Sequence record: SRR31156797_362
Direction: 5' to 3' (one strand)
DNA: 64,000 bases
Shown: in pieces, positions 20,861 to 30,556 of the stretch
Layout: each line of letters starts with the position of its first letter
Position numbering within the stretch: the first letter of the stretch is position 1
Program-made: the position numbers and the translations under genes
Notes under the pieces: model-generated
Seen by the model: the letters and a program-made list of their open reading frames with translations, nothing else
Told to the model about the DNA's origin: nothing
Databases searched by the model: none

Positions 20861-22210
20861 ATGAAATTTCACATCACCACCTTCGGGTGTCAGATGAACG
20901 TGCATGATTCCCAATGGCTCAATCGAGCGTTGGAAAGTCGGGGGTGGGTCGAGACAGACGAAACCGATGCTCAAGTGTTTATTCTCAACACGTGTAGTGT
21001 TCGAGATAAACCGGAACAAAAGGTTTATAGTGAGCTTGGTCGTATCGCCGCGCATGTCAAACGTGATGAGAATGTCTTTGCTGCTGTGGGCGGATGTGTT
21101 GCTCAACAGGTGGGAAAGGGCTTTTTTGACCGTTTCCCCTTCGTCAAACTTGTCTTTGGCTCTGATGGAATAGCGGATGCCCCCAATGCCTTGGAACGCA
21201 TCGCAGCGGGTAAAGAAGAACGTTTAGCATTGCTTGATTTTGTTTCAATATATGAGGAACGCGAGCAACCCGAAGAAAAGACTATCTCAATTCAGGATAC
21301 ACGGCAGGCTTTCGTAAATATCATGCAAGGGTGCGATAATTTCTGTTCATATTGTATAGTTCCTTATACTCGTGGACGGCAAAAATCTCGCCACCCGGAA
21401 GCTGTTATCGACGAATGTCGTTTGCTGGTTGAAAGTGGGGTGCGTGAAATTTCCTTGCTCGGTCAGAACGTCAACAGCTTCGGGTTGGATAAGGGCGGTG
21501 TGGGCGTCAGCTTTGCCGAATTGCTGACCAGCGTGGCTGCGATTGATGGATTGGAAAGACTCAGATTTACGACATCGCATCCTAAGGATATTGCTCCTGA
21601 GGTTATTGCGGCATTCGGGGAACTCGAAAATTTATGCCCTTCTTTGCACCTGCCCATGCAGGCCGGTTCTGACAGAGTTCTTAAGGCTATGCGACGCAGG
21701 TATGATATCACGCGCTATCTTTCCATTGTTGATGGTTTGAAAGCAGCAAGACCAGATATTTCGTTAACCACTGATTTGATTGTGGGCTTTCCTGGCGAGA
21801 CTGAAGATGATTTTCAGGAAACACTCGATATGGTAGAAAAAGTCGGATTTGAATCCAGTTTTTCTTTCAAGTATTCTGACCGACCGGGTGTGGCTGCAGT
21901 GAATATGGAACCGAAGGTGTCACCGGAAGAAGCGTCTGAGAGACTGATGCGCTTGCAGACTCTGCAAAATAATATTACTAGAGAATGTCTAAAAAATCTT
22001 GTTGGCAATGAAACCATTGCTTTTATCGAGGGATTAAGTCGTAAACAGGATGGCCCCTTGACAGCTTGGAAAGGACGCGATCCAGCCGGAAGAATTGTGA
22101 ATGTGGACATTGATTGCGACAGCGGTCTTGTTGGCATGATGGTCCCGGTGAAAATAGTTGAAGCAAAAAAACATTCCCTGAACGGGGAAAGGATTGGGCA
22201 GCCGTGGTAG
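20861..22210 (+). CDS. miaB: tRNA-2-methylthio-N6-dimethylallyladenosine synthase
   Basis: TFGCQMN.HDS, NTCSVR, radical-SAM CDNFCSYC, TRAM domain. Confidence 0.96.
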   Translation: MKFHITTFGCQMNVHDSQWLNRALESRGWVETDETDAQVFILNTCSVRDKPEQKVYSELGRIAAHVKRDENVFAAVGGCVAQQVGKGFFDRFPFVKLVFGSDGIADAPNALERIAAGKEERLALLDFVSIYEEREQPEEKTISIQDTRQAFVNIMQGCDNFCSYCIVPYTRGRQKSRHPEAVIDECRLLVESGVREISLLGQNVNSFGLDKGGVGVSFAELLTSVAAIDGLERLRFTTSHPKDIAPEVIAAFGELENLCPSLHLPMQAGSDRVLKAMRRRYDITRYLSIVDGLKAARPDISLTTDLIVGFPGETEDDFQETLDMVEKVGFESSFSFKYSDRPGVAAVNMEPKVSPEEASERLMRLQTLQNNITRECLKNLVGNETIAFIEGLSRKQDGPLTAWKGRDPAGRIVNVDIDCDSGLVGMMVPVKIVEAKKHSLNGERIGQPW

Positions 22211-22698
22211 AGGTGGAAATATTCGGACTCGCATTGGACGAGTCGGGCAAGTCGCCTATTATCGTCCTCAAGGACATGGATGAAACCAAAGTCCTGCCTA
22301 TCTGGATTGGTGCTGTGGAGGCCATGTCTATTTCCATGGCTATTAACGAAGTCCCATTTCCTCGTCCCATGACGCACGATTTATTGTTGAATGCGATTCG
22401 TGCTTTGGGTGGTACGATTACCAGAGTGGAAGTTACCGACATCGAAAACGGGACTTTTTTTGCCGAGATAGTGGTCACCACAGACAAGGAGACCCGTCGG
22501 ATTGACTGCCGTCCATCTGATGCAATTGCTTTAGCTGTTCGTGCCGAGTGTAAGATTTTGGCGAGTGAATCTGTCTTCGAAGAAGCTGGAGCGCCGTTTC
22601 CGGAACATGCTGAAACTGTTATCAGCACAGAGGATTCGGATACATGGGTGGATGAGCTGGAAAAGCTTTCGGAAGACGATATTAAATATAAAATGTAG
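22204..22698 (+). CDS. bifunctional nuclease family (DUF151)
   Basis: LPIWIG..EA, RPMTHDLL, ID.RPSDAIALA. Confidence 0.92.
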   Translation: MVEVEIFGLALDESGKSPIIVLKDMDETKVLPIWIGAVEAMSISMAINEVPFPRPMTHDLLLNAIRALGGTITRVEVTDIENGTFFAEIVVTTDKETRRIDCRPSDAIALAVRAECKILASESVFEEAGAPFPEHAETVISTEDSDTWVDELEKLSEDDIKYKM

Positions 22699-22705
22699 GC
22701 CTATT

Positions 22706-23356
22706 ATGATCGATCTGCATACACACACGATTTTTAGTGACGGTGAACTTATTCCTGCCGAGCTTGTTCGTCGGGCTGAGGTCGCTGGATACAAGGCCCT
22801 TTGCATGACCGATCATGCAGATGAAAGTACCATGTATTATACACTGGAGAACATTCTCCGGTTTGTAAAAAAACATGGGCATTTCTTTGATATCAATGTG
22901 ATGGCAGGGGTTGAATTGACCCATGTTCCGCCAGCATTGATCGAGGGGATGGTGCAAGAAGCGAGAAATGCTGGTGCACAGGTTGTTGTGATGCATGGTG
23001 AGACTCCGGTTGAACCTGTTGCTCCTGGTACTAATTTGGCTGCCATTGAAGCAGGTGTCGATGTTTTGGCCCATCCTGGTTTGATTACTGATGAAGAAGT
23101 GCAGTTGGCCGTGGAGAAAGGTGTGGCTTTGGAGATTACTACTCGCGGAGGCCACAGCTACACGAATGGACATGTTGCAGCCCTTGCAAGAAAGCATGGT
23201 GCCAAATTAGTCGTGAACAATGACGCCCACGCCCCTCGCGATTTGATAAGCAGTGATTTGCGAAAAACTATCGCACTTGGAGCTGGACTGACACTGGAGG
23301 AATACCGCCAGACAGAGTCCAATGCCTGGGAGATTGTTCAGCGATGCATGAAGTAA
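22706..23356 (+). CDS. PHP-domain phosphoesterase (histidinol-phosphatase-like)
   Basis: DLHTHT.FSDG, TDH, GVELTH, LAHPG, NDAH. Start moved to ATG 22706. Confidence 0.88.
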   Translation: MIDLHTHTIFSDGELIPAELVRRAEVAGYKALCMTDHADESTMYYTLENILRFVKKHGHFFDINVMAGVELTHVPPALIEGMVQEARNAGAQVVVMHGETPVEPVAPGTNLAAIEAGVDVLAHPGLITDEEVQLAVEKGVALEITTRGGHSYTNGHVAALARKHGAKLVVNNDAHAPRDLISSDLRKTIALGAGLTLEEYRQTESNAWEIVQRCMK

Positions 23357-23411
23357 TTTTACGTTGTCGCACAATTGTGACCATGGAAGTGTATACGTCA
23401 AAGTGACATCG

Positions 23412-23447
23412 GAAAGCCGCGGCTTGGGTTAAGTCCGGCTTTCTTTG
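23412..23447 (+). terminator. imperfect hairpin with T-rich tail between the PHP gene and tolQ
   Basis: GAAAGCCG-C-GGCTT / AAGTC-CGGCTTTC followed by TTTG. Confidence 0.45.
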
Positions 23448-23491
23448 CATAATGGGGCTTTGAGCCCAAAGATTAAAGTATAGGTGCCACC

Positions 23492-24196
23492 ATGAATTTT
23501 TTGCCTGAGAGTGACATGCTGACCCTTCTGACAGGGGCCACATTAGCTGTGAAACTGGTGATGATTTTTCTTGCTCTAATGTCTGTATGGAGTTGGACCA
23601 TTATCTTTTTTAAATTTTTTACCATTGGATCGGCTCGAAAAAAAGTCATGCAAGGCTACGAGGCTTTCATGGATTCACAGGATTTGACTTCCGGATTGAA
23701 GGTCTTGGGCGATAAAGCTCAGTCTCCTTTAGCTCGCGTGTCGACTTTGGCGGTGCATGAGTTTCGGCTGCTGGAAAAGGCGGATGTTAATCGTGAGCGC
23801 AAACGGTTACTTGTCAAAGATACTTTACGTCGTGTCCTCAAGCAAGGCATCTCGAAGGAAATGCGTGTGTTAACTCGTAATCTGCCGTTTTTGGCGACAT
23901 GTGCCAATGCAGCTCCTTTTATTGGATTGTTTGGTACAGTTTGGGGGATTATGCATTCCTTCCATTCCATTGGATTGGCTCAATCCGCTGCGTTAGCAAC
24001 CGTTGCCCCAGGTATTTCCGAAGCACTGATTGCCACAGCTATCGGTTTGTTGGTCGCGATTCCTGCCACCATTTTTTATAACTATTTTCTTGGCAAACTT
24101 GGAGAAGTCGAAACTGGCATGGTTGATTTCGCCGGTGCCTTTTTGAATCGCGCTGAGCGCGAAATCGCCTGGGCATCCAAGCCCGAGAAAAAGTAG
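23492..24196 (+). CDS. tolQ: Tol-Pal protein TolQ
   Basis: S.WSW.II, APFIGLFGTVWGIM.SF, VAPGISEALIATA.GL. Confidence 0.95.
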   Translation: MNFLPESDMLTLLTGATLAVKLVMIFLALMSVWSWTIIFFKFFTIGSARKKVMQGYEAFMDSQDLTSGLKVLGDKAQSPLARVSTLAVHEFRLLEKADVNRERKRLLVKDTLRRVLKQGISKEMRVLTRNLPFLATCANAAPFIGLFGTVWGIMHSFHSIGLAQSAALATVAPGISEALIATAIGLLVAIPATIFYNYFLGKLGEVETGMVDFAGAFLNRAEREIAWASKPEKK

Positions 24197-24205
24197 GAGC
24201 GCCTC

Positions 24206-24631
24206 ATGGCTATCAAGACAGGAGGCGGTTTTCTTAACGAGATTAACGTCACGCCGTTTGTCGACGTGATGTTGGTGCTCTTGATTATTTTTATGGTCAC
24301 AGCTCCACTCATGACACAGGGGGTTGAGGTCGACCTTCCCGTGACCAAGACAGTTAAGAATTTACCACAGGATTCGGAGCATCTGGTGTTGTCAGTCAAG
24401 AAGGACGGCACATTGTTTCTTGATGAATATCAGGTTGGATTGGATGAACTGCAAGATCATCTGAAGCGACTGGTCGCTAAACAGAAAAAACAACTTTTTT
24501 TACGCGCTGACAAAGAAGTGGCCTACGGTACTGTGGTGATGATCATGGGTGAAATTAAAGGTGCTGGAATTGATCGGTTAGGCATTGTTGCGGAAAAGAC
24601 TGCTGATTTGAAAAAAAATAAAAAAAAGTAG
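24206..24631 (+). CDS. tolR: Tol-Pal protein TolR
   Basis: EINVTPFVDVMLVLLIIFMVTAP, RADK.V.YG. Confidence 0.95.
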   Translation: MAIKTGGGFLNEINVTPFVDVMLVLLIIFMVTAPLMTQGVEVDLPVTKTVKNLPQDSEHLVLSVKKDGTLFLDEYQVGLDELQDHLKRLVAKQKKQLFLRADKEVAYGTVVMIMGEIKGAGIDRLGIVAEKTADLKKNKKK

Positions 24632-24643
24632 TATTTAAATATA

Positions 24644-25516
24644 ATGCGGCAAAGTCTCGGTCTTATACTTTCCATTCTTTTTCACACTGCTCTGGCCGTG
24701 GTCGCCATTTATGGTGTGAACACGGATGGAGTGAAAGTGAATATGGACAGACCTGTGTATACGGTTGATCTCGTCTCTTTAGCGCCGCCGCCCCCTGGAC
24801 CGCCAGAGGAAGTGACGGCTGCTGTTGAACCCGTGACTCCGACCCCGGCTGTGCCAGTTGTCGAAGCCAAGGCCGAGCCTGCTGTTGAAGTACCTCCCAC
24901 CCCGGTGGTTGAGGCCAAGCCTGAGCCAGAGGTCAAGAAAATTAGCCCTAAGAAGGTTGAGAAAAAGACCGTGGTCAAGAAGAAGGAAGAAAAGCCTAGA
25001 CCCAAGCCCAAGCCTAAACCAAAGCCTAAAAAGACCGCTGATCAGTTGTTGGCAGAAGGGATGGCCGCTGCAAAGGCGAGGACCAAACGGCAGGATCAAA
25101 AAAAGAAAAAGGCTTTGGCCGAGGAATTAGCCGCGCTTAAAAAGCGTGAAGGGGATCAGGTCTATGCCCATGGCGGTCAGCCCGGAGGAGCAGAGGGTGG
25201 CGTTGTCGGCGGTACAGTCGGCGGGTCAGGTTCCGGTTTATCTGAAGTGTATGCCCTGATAGTTGGGGCAGCCATCAAGAAGAATTGGCGATATCCCGCA
25301 TTCGCTGGGGAGGCTAATTTAGTGGCAACCCTTGAAATAGTCCTCGAAGCTGACGGAAAAATTTTGTCCTCGAAGGTCATCGAATCGTCAAACAATCCTG
25401 AATTTGACAGTTCAGCTCTTCGAGCCATCACGGAAACAGAATATGTGGAGAAACCGAGGACCGATAGGGATCGGGTTCTGCGTATTAATTTCAACAGCCA
25501 GGAACTCTCAGAGTAG
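24644..25516 (+). CDS. tolA: TolA/TonB-family energy transducer
   Basis: TM segment with S...H, Pro/Lys-rich linker, C-terminal domain with SS.N..FD.SA.RAI; lies between tolR and tolB. Confidence 0.85.
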   Translation: MRQSLGLILSILFHTALAVVAIYGVNTDGVKVNMDRPVYTVDLVSLAPPPPGPPEEVTAAVEPVTPTPAVPVVEAKAEPAVEVPPTPVVEAKPEPEVKKISPKKVEKKTVVKKKEEKPRPKPKPKPKPKKTADQLLAEGMAAAKARTKRQDQKKKKALAEELAALKKREGDQVYAHGGQPGGAEGGVVGGTVGGSGSGLSEVYALIVGAAIKKNWRYPAFAGEANLVATLEIVLEADGKILSSKVIESSNNPEFDSSALRAITETEYVEKPRTDRDRVLRINFNSQELSE

Positions 25517-25521
25517 ACGGT

Positions 25522-26829
25522 ATGAAACGGATTTGGACAATTTGTGTAAGTTGCATCTGTGCCTGTCTTATGGCGGCTTCTGTGTTCGCCCAGGGACCGT
25601 TGACAGTAGACATTCACGGCCCAGGCCAACGTATGGTGAACATCACTCTTTTGACACCCAAAGGATTGGACGGTTCTCCATTACCTGAGGCGGCAGCCAA
25701 GGCGCTTCAGGAGTTGGTCTCTAATGACTTGGGGTATATCCCTTTTCTGAACATTGTGCCGGTGACCGATTTGTTGGGTGGTGACCCTAGTCAGGGTGTG
25801 AAGGCTGCGGATATAGATTTCAAACCTCTTCAGCTTGCTCGTGTTGATTTATGCATGACGACAGGTTGGAACGGTGAATATATTGAAGCTCGTGTCTTTG
25901 AGACCTTTAGTGGCCGCCGTGTGGTCGGAAAGTCCTATAGGGACGTGAGTAAAAATCTGCCATTAGTGGCTGATCGTTTTTGTTCATCCTTTCTAGAGGC
26001 TTTGACTGGCAAGAAGGGATTCTTTGATTCTCCCATTGCTTTCGTCAAACAGGAAGGGAAGACAAAGGAAGTCTTTACTGTTCTTCCTCAGGGGCGTGGG
26101 CTGAAACGTATCACGAAATTGGGCGGCTATAATCTGAGTCCTGCATGGTCTGAAGATGGTAAGCGAATTGCTTTTACCCATATCGGCAAGACGCGGCATG
26201 AGCTTGGGGTGTACGACAGTGAATCCGGTAAGATAAAAAGAATGTATAAGGGCTTGGGGTCGACTGTTATCAGTCCTGTTTATGGCCCAACTGGTTCTTT
26301 GTATGTAGCGCTTAATCGGAATGGCACCACCAACATTTACAATTTGAAGAGTGATTATAGGCCCGGTAAGATTTTGGTCCGCAGTCCGTATATCGACGTT
26401 TCTCCGAGCTTTGACAGAGCTGGAGAAAAGATGGTGTTCACTTCGGCCAGGGCGGGGAATCCTCATATTTATCTGTTGGATATGAAGACCGGTCAGATCA
26501 AACGCGTGACAACGACCGGGCGGTATAACACCCATCCATGCCTCAGTCCTGATGGCCGTTATGTGGCTTATACTCATCAAACATCAGACGGGCATCGTAT
26601 CTTCTTGCATGATTTACAGACAGGCAGGGAAAAGCAGTTGACATTTGGCCCTGGTAACGATGAATACCCAGCCTTTGGGCCTGATGGTTACTTCGTGGCT
26701 TTTGCTTCCAGTAGAAGTGGTGAATATAAATTGTATTTGTCAACTCGTCATGGAGATAAACCTCGGATGATATCCACCGGAAAAGGTGCTGCCTTTGCTC
26801 CGGCATGGGATACTTCGTTGCAGTGGTAA
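25522..26829 (+). CDS. tolB: Tol-Pal beta-propeller protein TolB
   Basis: Signal peptide; PD40 repeats (SPAWSEDG, SPSF, PCLSPDG, PAFGPDG). Confidence 0.92.
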   Translation: MKRIWTICVSCICACLMAASVFAQGPLTVDIHGPGQRMVNITLLTPKGLDGSPLPEAAAKALQELVSNDLGYIPFLNIVPVTDLLGGDPSQGVKAADIDFKPLQLARVDLCMTTGWNGEYIEARVFETFSGRRVVGKSYRDVSKNLPLVADRFCSSFLEALTGKKGFFDSPIAFVKQEGKTKEVFTVLPQGRGLKRITKLGGYNLSPAWSEDGKRIAFTHIGKTRHELGVYDSESGKIKRMYKGLGSTVISPVYGPTGSLYVALNRNGTTNIYNLKSDYRPGKILVRSPYIDVSPSFDRAGEKMVFTSARAGNPHIYLLDMKTGQIKRVTTTGRYNTHPCLSPDGRYVAYTHQTSDGHRIFLHDLQTGREKQLTFGPGNDEYPAFGPDGYFVAFASSRSGEYKLYLSTRHGDKPRMISTGKGAAFAPAWDTSLQW

Positions 26830-26952
26830 ATTGTCATAAAGACGGGGTTGATTTTTTTGTAAGAAAAGGTGCATGCTACCCAATGCGAGAATCATTGGCT
26901 TTCGGAAGCATCTGAAATAATGGCCGGGCGACGGCTCTACCAAGGAGTGAGC

Positions 26953-27504
26953 ATGAAAAACAGAGTGTATTTCGGAATTGTGGCCCTGTTGGCCCTGTCC
27001 CTTTTTGTCTTTGCTGGCTGTGCCAAAAAGACGACCACCACTACCCCGCCTGAGACCAAGGTTGAGGTCAAGGATGACTCCCAGTGGACTCCGCCGCCGA
27101 CAGAACCCAAGGTCGATGAGGCTGCTCTGGCTGCTGAAGCCGAAGCTCGTGCCAAGACCGAAGCGGTGGAAGAACTTTCCAGTATTACTATCCATTTTGC
27201 CTTTGATTCCTATGAATTAAACGAGGAATCTCGTGCGATTCTTGCTCTTAAGGCAAGTATTATGCGTAAATATACAGATGTTGGTGTTGTGGTCGAAGGA
27301 CATTGCGACGAACGTGGTACCGAAGAGTACAACCTCGCCTTGGGCGAACGTCGTGCCCGAGCTGCATACGAACATCTTGTGATTCTTGGCGTTGAACCTG
27401 AACGTATGAAAATTGTCAGTTTTGGTGAAGAGCGTCCTCTTGATCCCGCACATAATGAAAGTGCATGGGCTAAGAATCGTCGCGCTGAGTTTGTGGTACA
27501 GTAA
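26953..27504 (+). CDS. pal: peptidoglycan-associated lipoprotein
   Basis: Lipobox FAGC, EGHCDERGTEEYNLALGERRA, KNRRAEF; AAGGAG RBS before ATG 26953. Confidence 0.96.
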   Translation: MKNRVYFGIVALLALSLFVFAGCAKKTTTTTPPETKVEVKDDSQWTPPPTEPKVDEAALAAEAEARAKTEAVEELSSITIHFAFDSYELNEESRAILALKASIMRKYTDVGVVVEGHCDERGTEEYNLALGERRARAAYEHLVILGVEPERMKIVSFGEERPLDPAHNESAWAKNRRAEFVVQ

Positions 27505-27526
27505 ATTAAATCAGTTATGACATGAT

Positions 27527-27560
27527 AACGCCGCTTCCATTGGGAAGCGGCGTTTTTTTT
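27527..27560 (+). terminator. intrinsic terminator after pal (convergent with pgpA)
   Basis: AACGCCGCTTCC-attg-GGAAGCGGCGTT ending in a run of 8 T. Confidence 0.85.
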
Positions 27561-27561
27561 A

Positions 27562-28041
27562 TTATATTGAAAGGATGTAATGAAGAAGATGGAGACAGCC
27601 CATGGCATAAAGCCCGGCAACACCGTCATCAAGCATAACTCCAACTCCGCCGGGAAAAGTGTCTTCCGCCCATTTGACCGGCCACGGCTTGAGAATGTCG
27701 AAGAACCTGAACAGTCCGAACCCAACAAATAAATACCAAATGGGTAAACCCTGAAAAAAGAGCAAGGCAAGCCATTGACCAAATAATTCGTCGATGATGA
27801 CACAACCGGGATCTTTTTTGTCGAAGATGACTTCCGCACGTGCACAAGCCCAGATGCCAACGAGAAGAATCGCGGCCAAAGCGGCAACGCGTCCCCATAA
27901 GGGGAGTGAAAGGTATAGCCATGGAGCTGCAACAATGGAGGCCAGAGAGCCCCAAGTGCCCGGTGCTTTAGGGAAATGCCCGATAGGGCCGAGGGTTGCC
28001 AATGCCGTGGCTAGTTTGTCGAGTGGTGATTGAGTTTTCAT
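27562..28041 (-). CDS. pgpA: phosphatidylglycerophosphatase A
   Basis: APGTWGS, DPG..IIDE..GQ, FRFFDI.KP.P, GVMLDD..AG. Confidence 0.93.
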   Translation of the reverse strand: MKTQSPLDKLATALATLGPIGHFPKAPGTWGSLASIVAAPWLYLSLPLWGRVAALAAILLVGIWACARAEVIFDKKDPGCVIIDELFGQWLALLFFQGLPIWYLFVGFGLFRFFDILKPWPVKWAEDTFPGGVGVMLDDGVAGLYAMGCLHLLHYILSI

Positions 28042-28042
28042 G

Positions 28043-28450
28043 TTAATCATCTTTGGCATACGCCGTCAGTCGTTCTTTGAGTGTGCCTGTATGGAGTTCA
28101 AACAGGTGGTTGTCATAATCATGAAAGTATAGGGAACAACCTTCCCCTGATATCCTGGACCTGTCCATACGGACGTGAAGGTTCAGAGCCTCTATGCGTT
28201 TTGCATAGTTGTCAATTTCATTGTGTGGAATTTTGAAGGCAATATGGTTGTATGTTTTGTTAGACAGTGGTTTTCCTTTCATTATGGCGACCCAGATACC
28301 GCCAACCAGAAAGAATTTTTCTTGAGATAATGAATGGTGCGTGTCGCCACTTGCATATATTTCTTCGGCATCCAGTACTTCTGTAAAAAGAGTGGATGTC
28401 CTTTGCAAGTCTTGCACAACAAGAGTGATATGACTTAAGCCTTCTATCAT
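28043..28450 (-). CDS. fosX: FosX-family fosfomycin hydrolase (VOC fold)
   Basis: MIEGLSHITL, EKFF.VGG.W.AIM, YNHIAF, EG.SLYF.DYDNHLFELHTGTL..RL. H7, E44, H69 and E118 fall at the canonical FosX positions. Confidence 0.9.
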   Translation of the reverse strand: MIEGLSHITLVVQDLQRTSTLFTEVLDAEEIYASGDTHHSLSQEKFFLVGGIWVAIMKGKPLSNKTYNHIAFKIPHNEIDNYAKRIEALNLHVRMDRSRISGEGCSLYFHDYDNHLFELHTGTLKERLTAYAKDD

Positions 28451-28486
28451 GATTATTATAGTTCGTTATTTTTGAATGTTATCAAG

Positions 28487-29038
28487 TTAGGTGAGCGGAT
28501 TGTTTTGTAATTTATGTACTCGTTGTCGTATCGTGTCCCAAAAAACATTTCGGGTGGATTGAATAAGCAAGGCTTCCTTTTGTGGAACGGTCATTGAATC
28601 AATGTGAGCGCGGTCAGAAGGCTGTACTTGTAGGACATAGGAATTGATATGTCTTTGTATAAACCATTGTGCACATCCGAATTGAACATAGTTTGAATTT
28701 ACTATTGAAGGTATTTTTTTCATATCATCTAGAAAAAATGTGCCCGCTGAAGTGTTGTCCAGACTCAAGGCAAGATATGCAATTCTATATTCAAATTTTT
28801 CGTCAATGTCATTTTTTTTGACAACTTCAAGGTTATTTTTATCTGGTTGCATGGAATTGACGAAATGCCCCCAACAGCATTGAATTGTATAACAATAAGG
28901 AAGTTTGTTTATAGATATGACAATGTCTTTGATTGGCATGTCAATGGGAATAGTATCCAGATTTTTAAGAGCTTGAGCCTTAGCCTGCGTGAAATTTGAA
29001 GTGTTTTGTAAAGGGACAGAGGGGATGAATGTTTCCAT
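28487..29038 (-). CDS. hypothetical protein with D..I......IN......T..CC.GH motif
   Basis: Open frame of about 183 aa from METFIP, preceded by a GGAAA purine stretch; no confident family. Confidence 0.7.
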   Translation of the reverse strand: METFIPSVPLQNTSNFTQAKAQALKNLDTIPIDMPIKDIVISINKLPYCYTIQCCWGHFVNSMQPDKNNLEVVKKNDIDEKFEYRIAYLALSLDNTSAGTFFLDDMKKIPSIVNSNYVQFGCAQWFIQRHINSYVLQVQPSDRAHIDSMTVPQKEALLIQSTRNVFWDTIRQRVHKLQNNPLT

Positions 29039-29159
29039 TTGACAATTTCCTTTACGATACTTCGTGATTATTGGTTTTGTAGCATGAAGAGTTAGTTGAT
29101 GTTTTAGAAAAAGCATAGCTTTCTATGTCAGTTGAATGAAGTCTTAAGCCGTCGTGTTT

Positions 29160-29924
29160 TTAGAAATGAAATCCGAGAAGTTTTGATGATCCCTTTTCCA
29201 TTCGTTCCAAGATGTGTCGTCGGGTGCGTGTTGCTGTCTTGGGCATAATGTCTACAGATGATGACCATTCAGGATGAGTAAGGTGGGTAGGGTGTAAAAA
29301 AGCATCTCCTGCAATTAAAAATAAGGTGTCGTGTGTTTGCACTTCGACCCCAACGTGGCCGGGAGTGTGTCCGGGGGCTGCAAATAGACTGATATTTGGC
29401 GTAATTTGTTTATCCATCGAAACGGTTTCGATTCTGTCTGAATACCGCTGTAAGAATTCCGAAGCCGTACTTTGGAGGATCGTACGAACTTCAGGTGGGA
29501 TATTCAGTTCAAGAAGATCTGGTTTTGTTCGCCAATAAGAATTTTCAATGTCAGATAATATAATCCGTGCGTTAGGGAATGGATTTTGACCATTAGAAGT
29601 GAGTAATCCTGCTATATGATCCGGGTGGAGATGGGTAAGGATTATGCAATCAATGTCGTTCGGATGCATATTTTTTAGTTTAATATTATCAACAAGCTGT
29701 CCAGTAGTGCTCGCGAGGTCTCCTGCCCCAGCATCGACAAGAATGGTGGTTTCTTCTGATTGAATAACTGTCGGAGTGTACGGACTGATCCATGAGTTCC
29801 ATTTCCCTGCCGAAATGCCTGCTGCCATGAGAGCTGCCTCGGCAACCCCGGGAAAGAGGAGTTGCCGAGGGTGAGTATATTCATAATATCCGTCTGAAAT
29901 AGACAGTATCGATGTCTTTTTCAT
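29160..29924 (-). CDS. MBL-fold metallo-hydrolase (lactonase/organophosphate-hydrolase-like)
   Basis: LVDAG, THLHPDH, PGHTPGH, GDA, terminal FHF. Confidence 0.87.
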   Translation of the reverse strand: MKKTSILSISDGYYEYTHPRQLLFPGVAEAALMAAGISAGKWNSWISPYTPTVIQSEETTILVDAGAGDLASTTGQLVDNIKLKNMHPNDIDCIILTHLHPDHIAGLLTSNGQNPFPNARIILSDIENSYWRTKPDLLELNIPPEVRTILQSTASEFLQRYSDRIETVSMDKQITPNISLFAAPGHTPGHVGVEVQTHDTLFLIAGDAFLHPTHLTHPEWSSSVDIMPKTATRTRRHILERMEKGSSKLLGFHF

Positions 29925-29926
29925 TG

Positions 29927-30505
29927 CTAGTCCGTTGTTAGAGCAGACGGTCGGATAGATACCATCAATCCTTTCACTTTTTCCGCTATTGCGTTCAAGT
30001 CGTTTTCATTAGGGCGGTCTCTAATGTCCCCAAGTCGCCCCTGAGTATTGTGGTGTTCAAGTTTTGACACTCCATACGCACCCGGTATGTACCACTCCGC
30101 AGCAATCGTAAATCCTAAATGATCAAACAATTGCCCCATGTATTTCACGGCAGGAATGGCTTCATTGATACCAGTATGACTTCCACCAAATGTGCAATAA
30201 ATGCCGACGTATTTGTTAGATATTCGAGGAGACCCCGGTTTGAGTATTCCTGACCCGCCAAATTCGTTCATGCTTTCTTTTGCTCGTTCAGCCAACCAGT
30301 CCATCATGGGCTTCCCCGGAAGCCATCCATACACACCTGAACCAATCAAAACTAAATCATAGTCCATAATTTGAACGGATTCTCCTTTTGCCTTTGCTTG
30401 TACCGTTGTTATTTCACAACTTGATTCAATCACCGACTTTTCAATAGTTTGAGCAACTTTTTTTGTGTTTCCGGTTTGTGAATGGAAAACGTGTAAAACT
30501 TTCAT
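29927..30505 (-). CDS. flavodoxin-like protein
   Basis: FMN-phosphate loop SQTGNTKKVA, YDLVLIGSGVY, C-terminal RPN..DL. Confidence 0.85.
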   Translation of the reverse strand: MKVLHVFHSQTGNTKKVAQTIEKSVIESSCEITTVQAKAKGESVQIMDYDLVLIGSGVYGWLPGKPMMDWLAERAKESMNEFGGSGILKPGSPRISNKYVGIYCTFGGSHTGINEAIPAVKYMGQLFDHLGFTIAAEWYIPGAYGVSKLEHHNTQGRLGDIRDRPNENDLNAIAEKVKGLMVSIRPSALTTD

Positions 30506-30517
30506 GGATACTCCTTT

Positions 30518-30536
30518 TTGTTAGGTTGCCTAACAA
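30518..30536. promoter_or_regulatory. palindromic operator 1 (probable MarR site) upstream of the flavodoxin-like gene
   Basis: Perfect 8-3-8 inverted repeat TTGTTAGG-TTG-CCTAACAA next to the GGAG RBS. Confidence 0.7.
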
Positions 30537-30556
30537 GTGGTTTAAAAAAAACTTTC

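Noticed and set aside
24780..25230. Repetitive DNA within tolA (and the P/Q-rich stretch of dnaX at about 50830-51200)
   Set aside because: These encode low-complexity linkers with varied codons, normal for these proteins; they are not DNA repeat elements.
26869..26952. N-terminal extensions given by the ORF track (pal, lolE, lpxA, PHP, dgt, ilvE and others)
   Set aside because: Downstream starts coincide with the family N-termini, several have a clear RBS, and most extensions overlap upstream genes or terminators.
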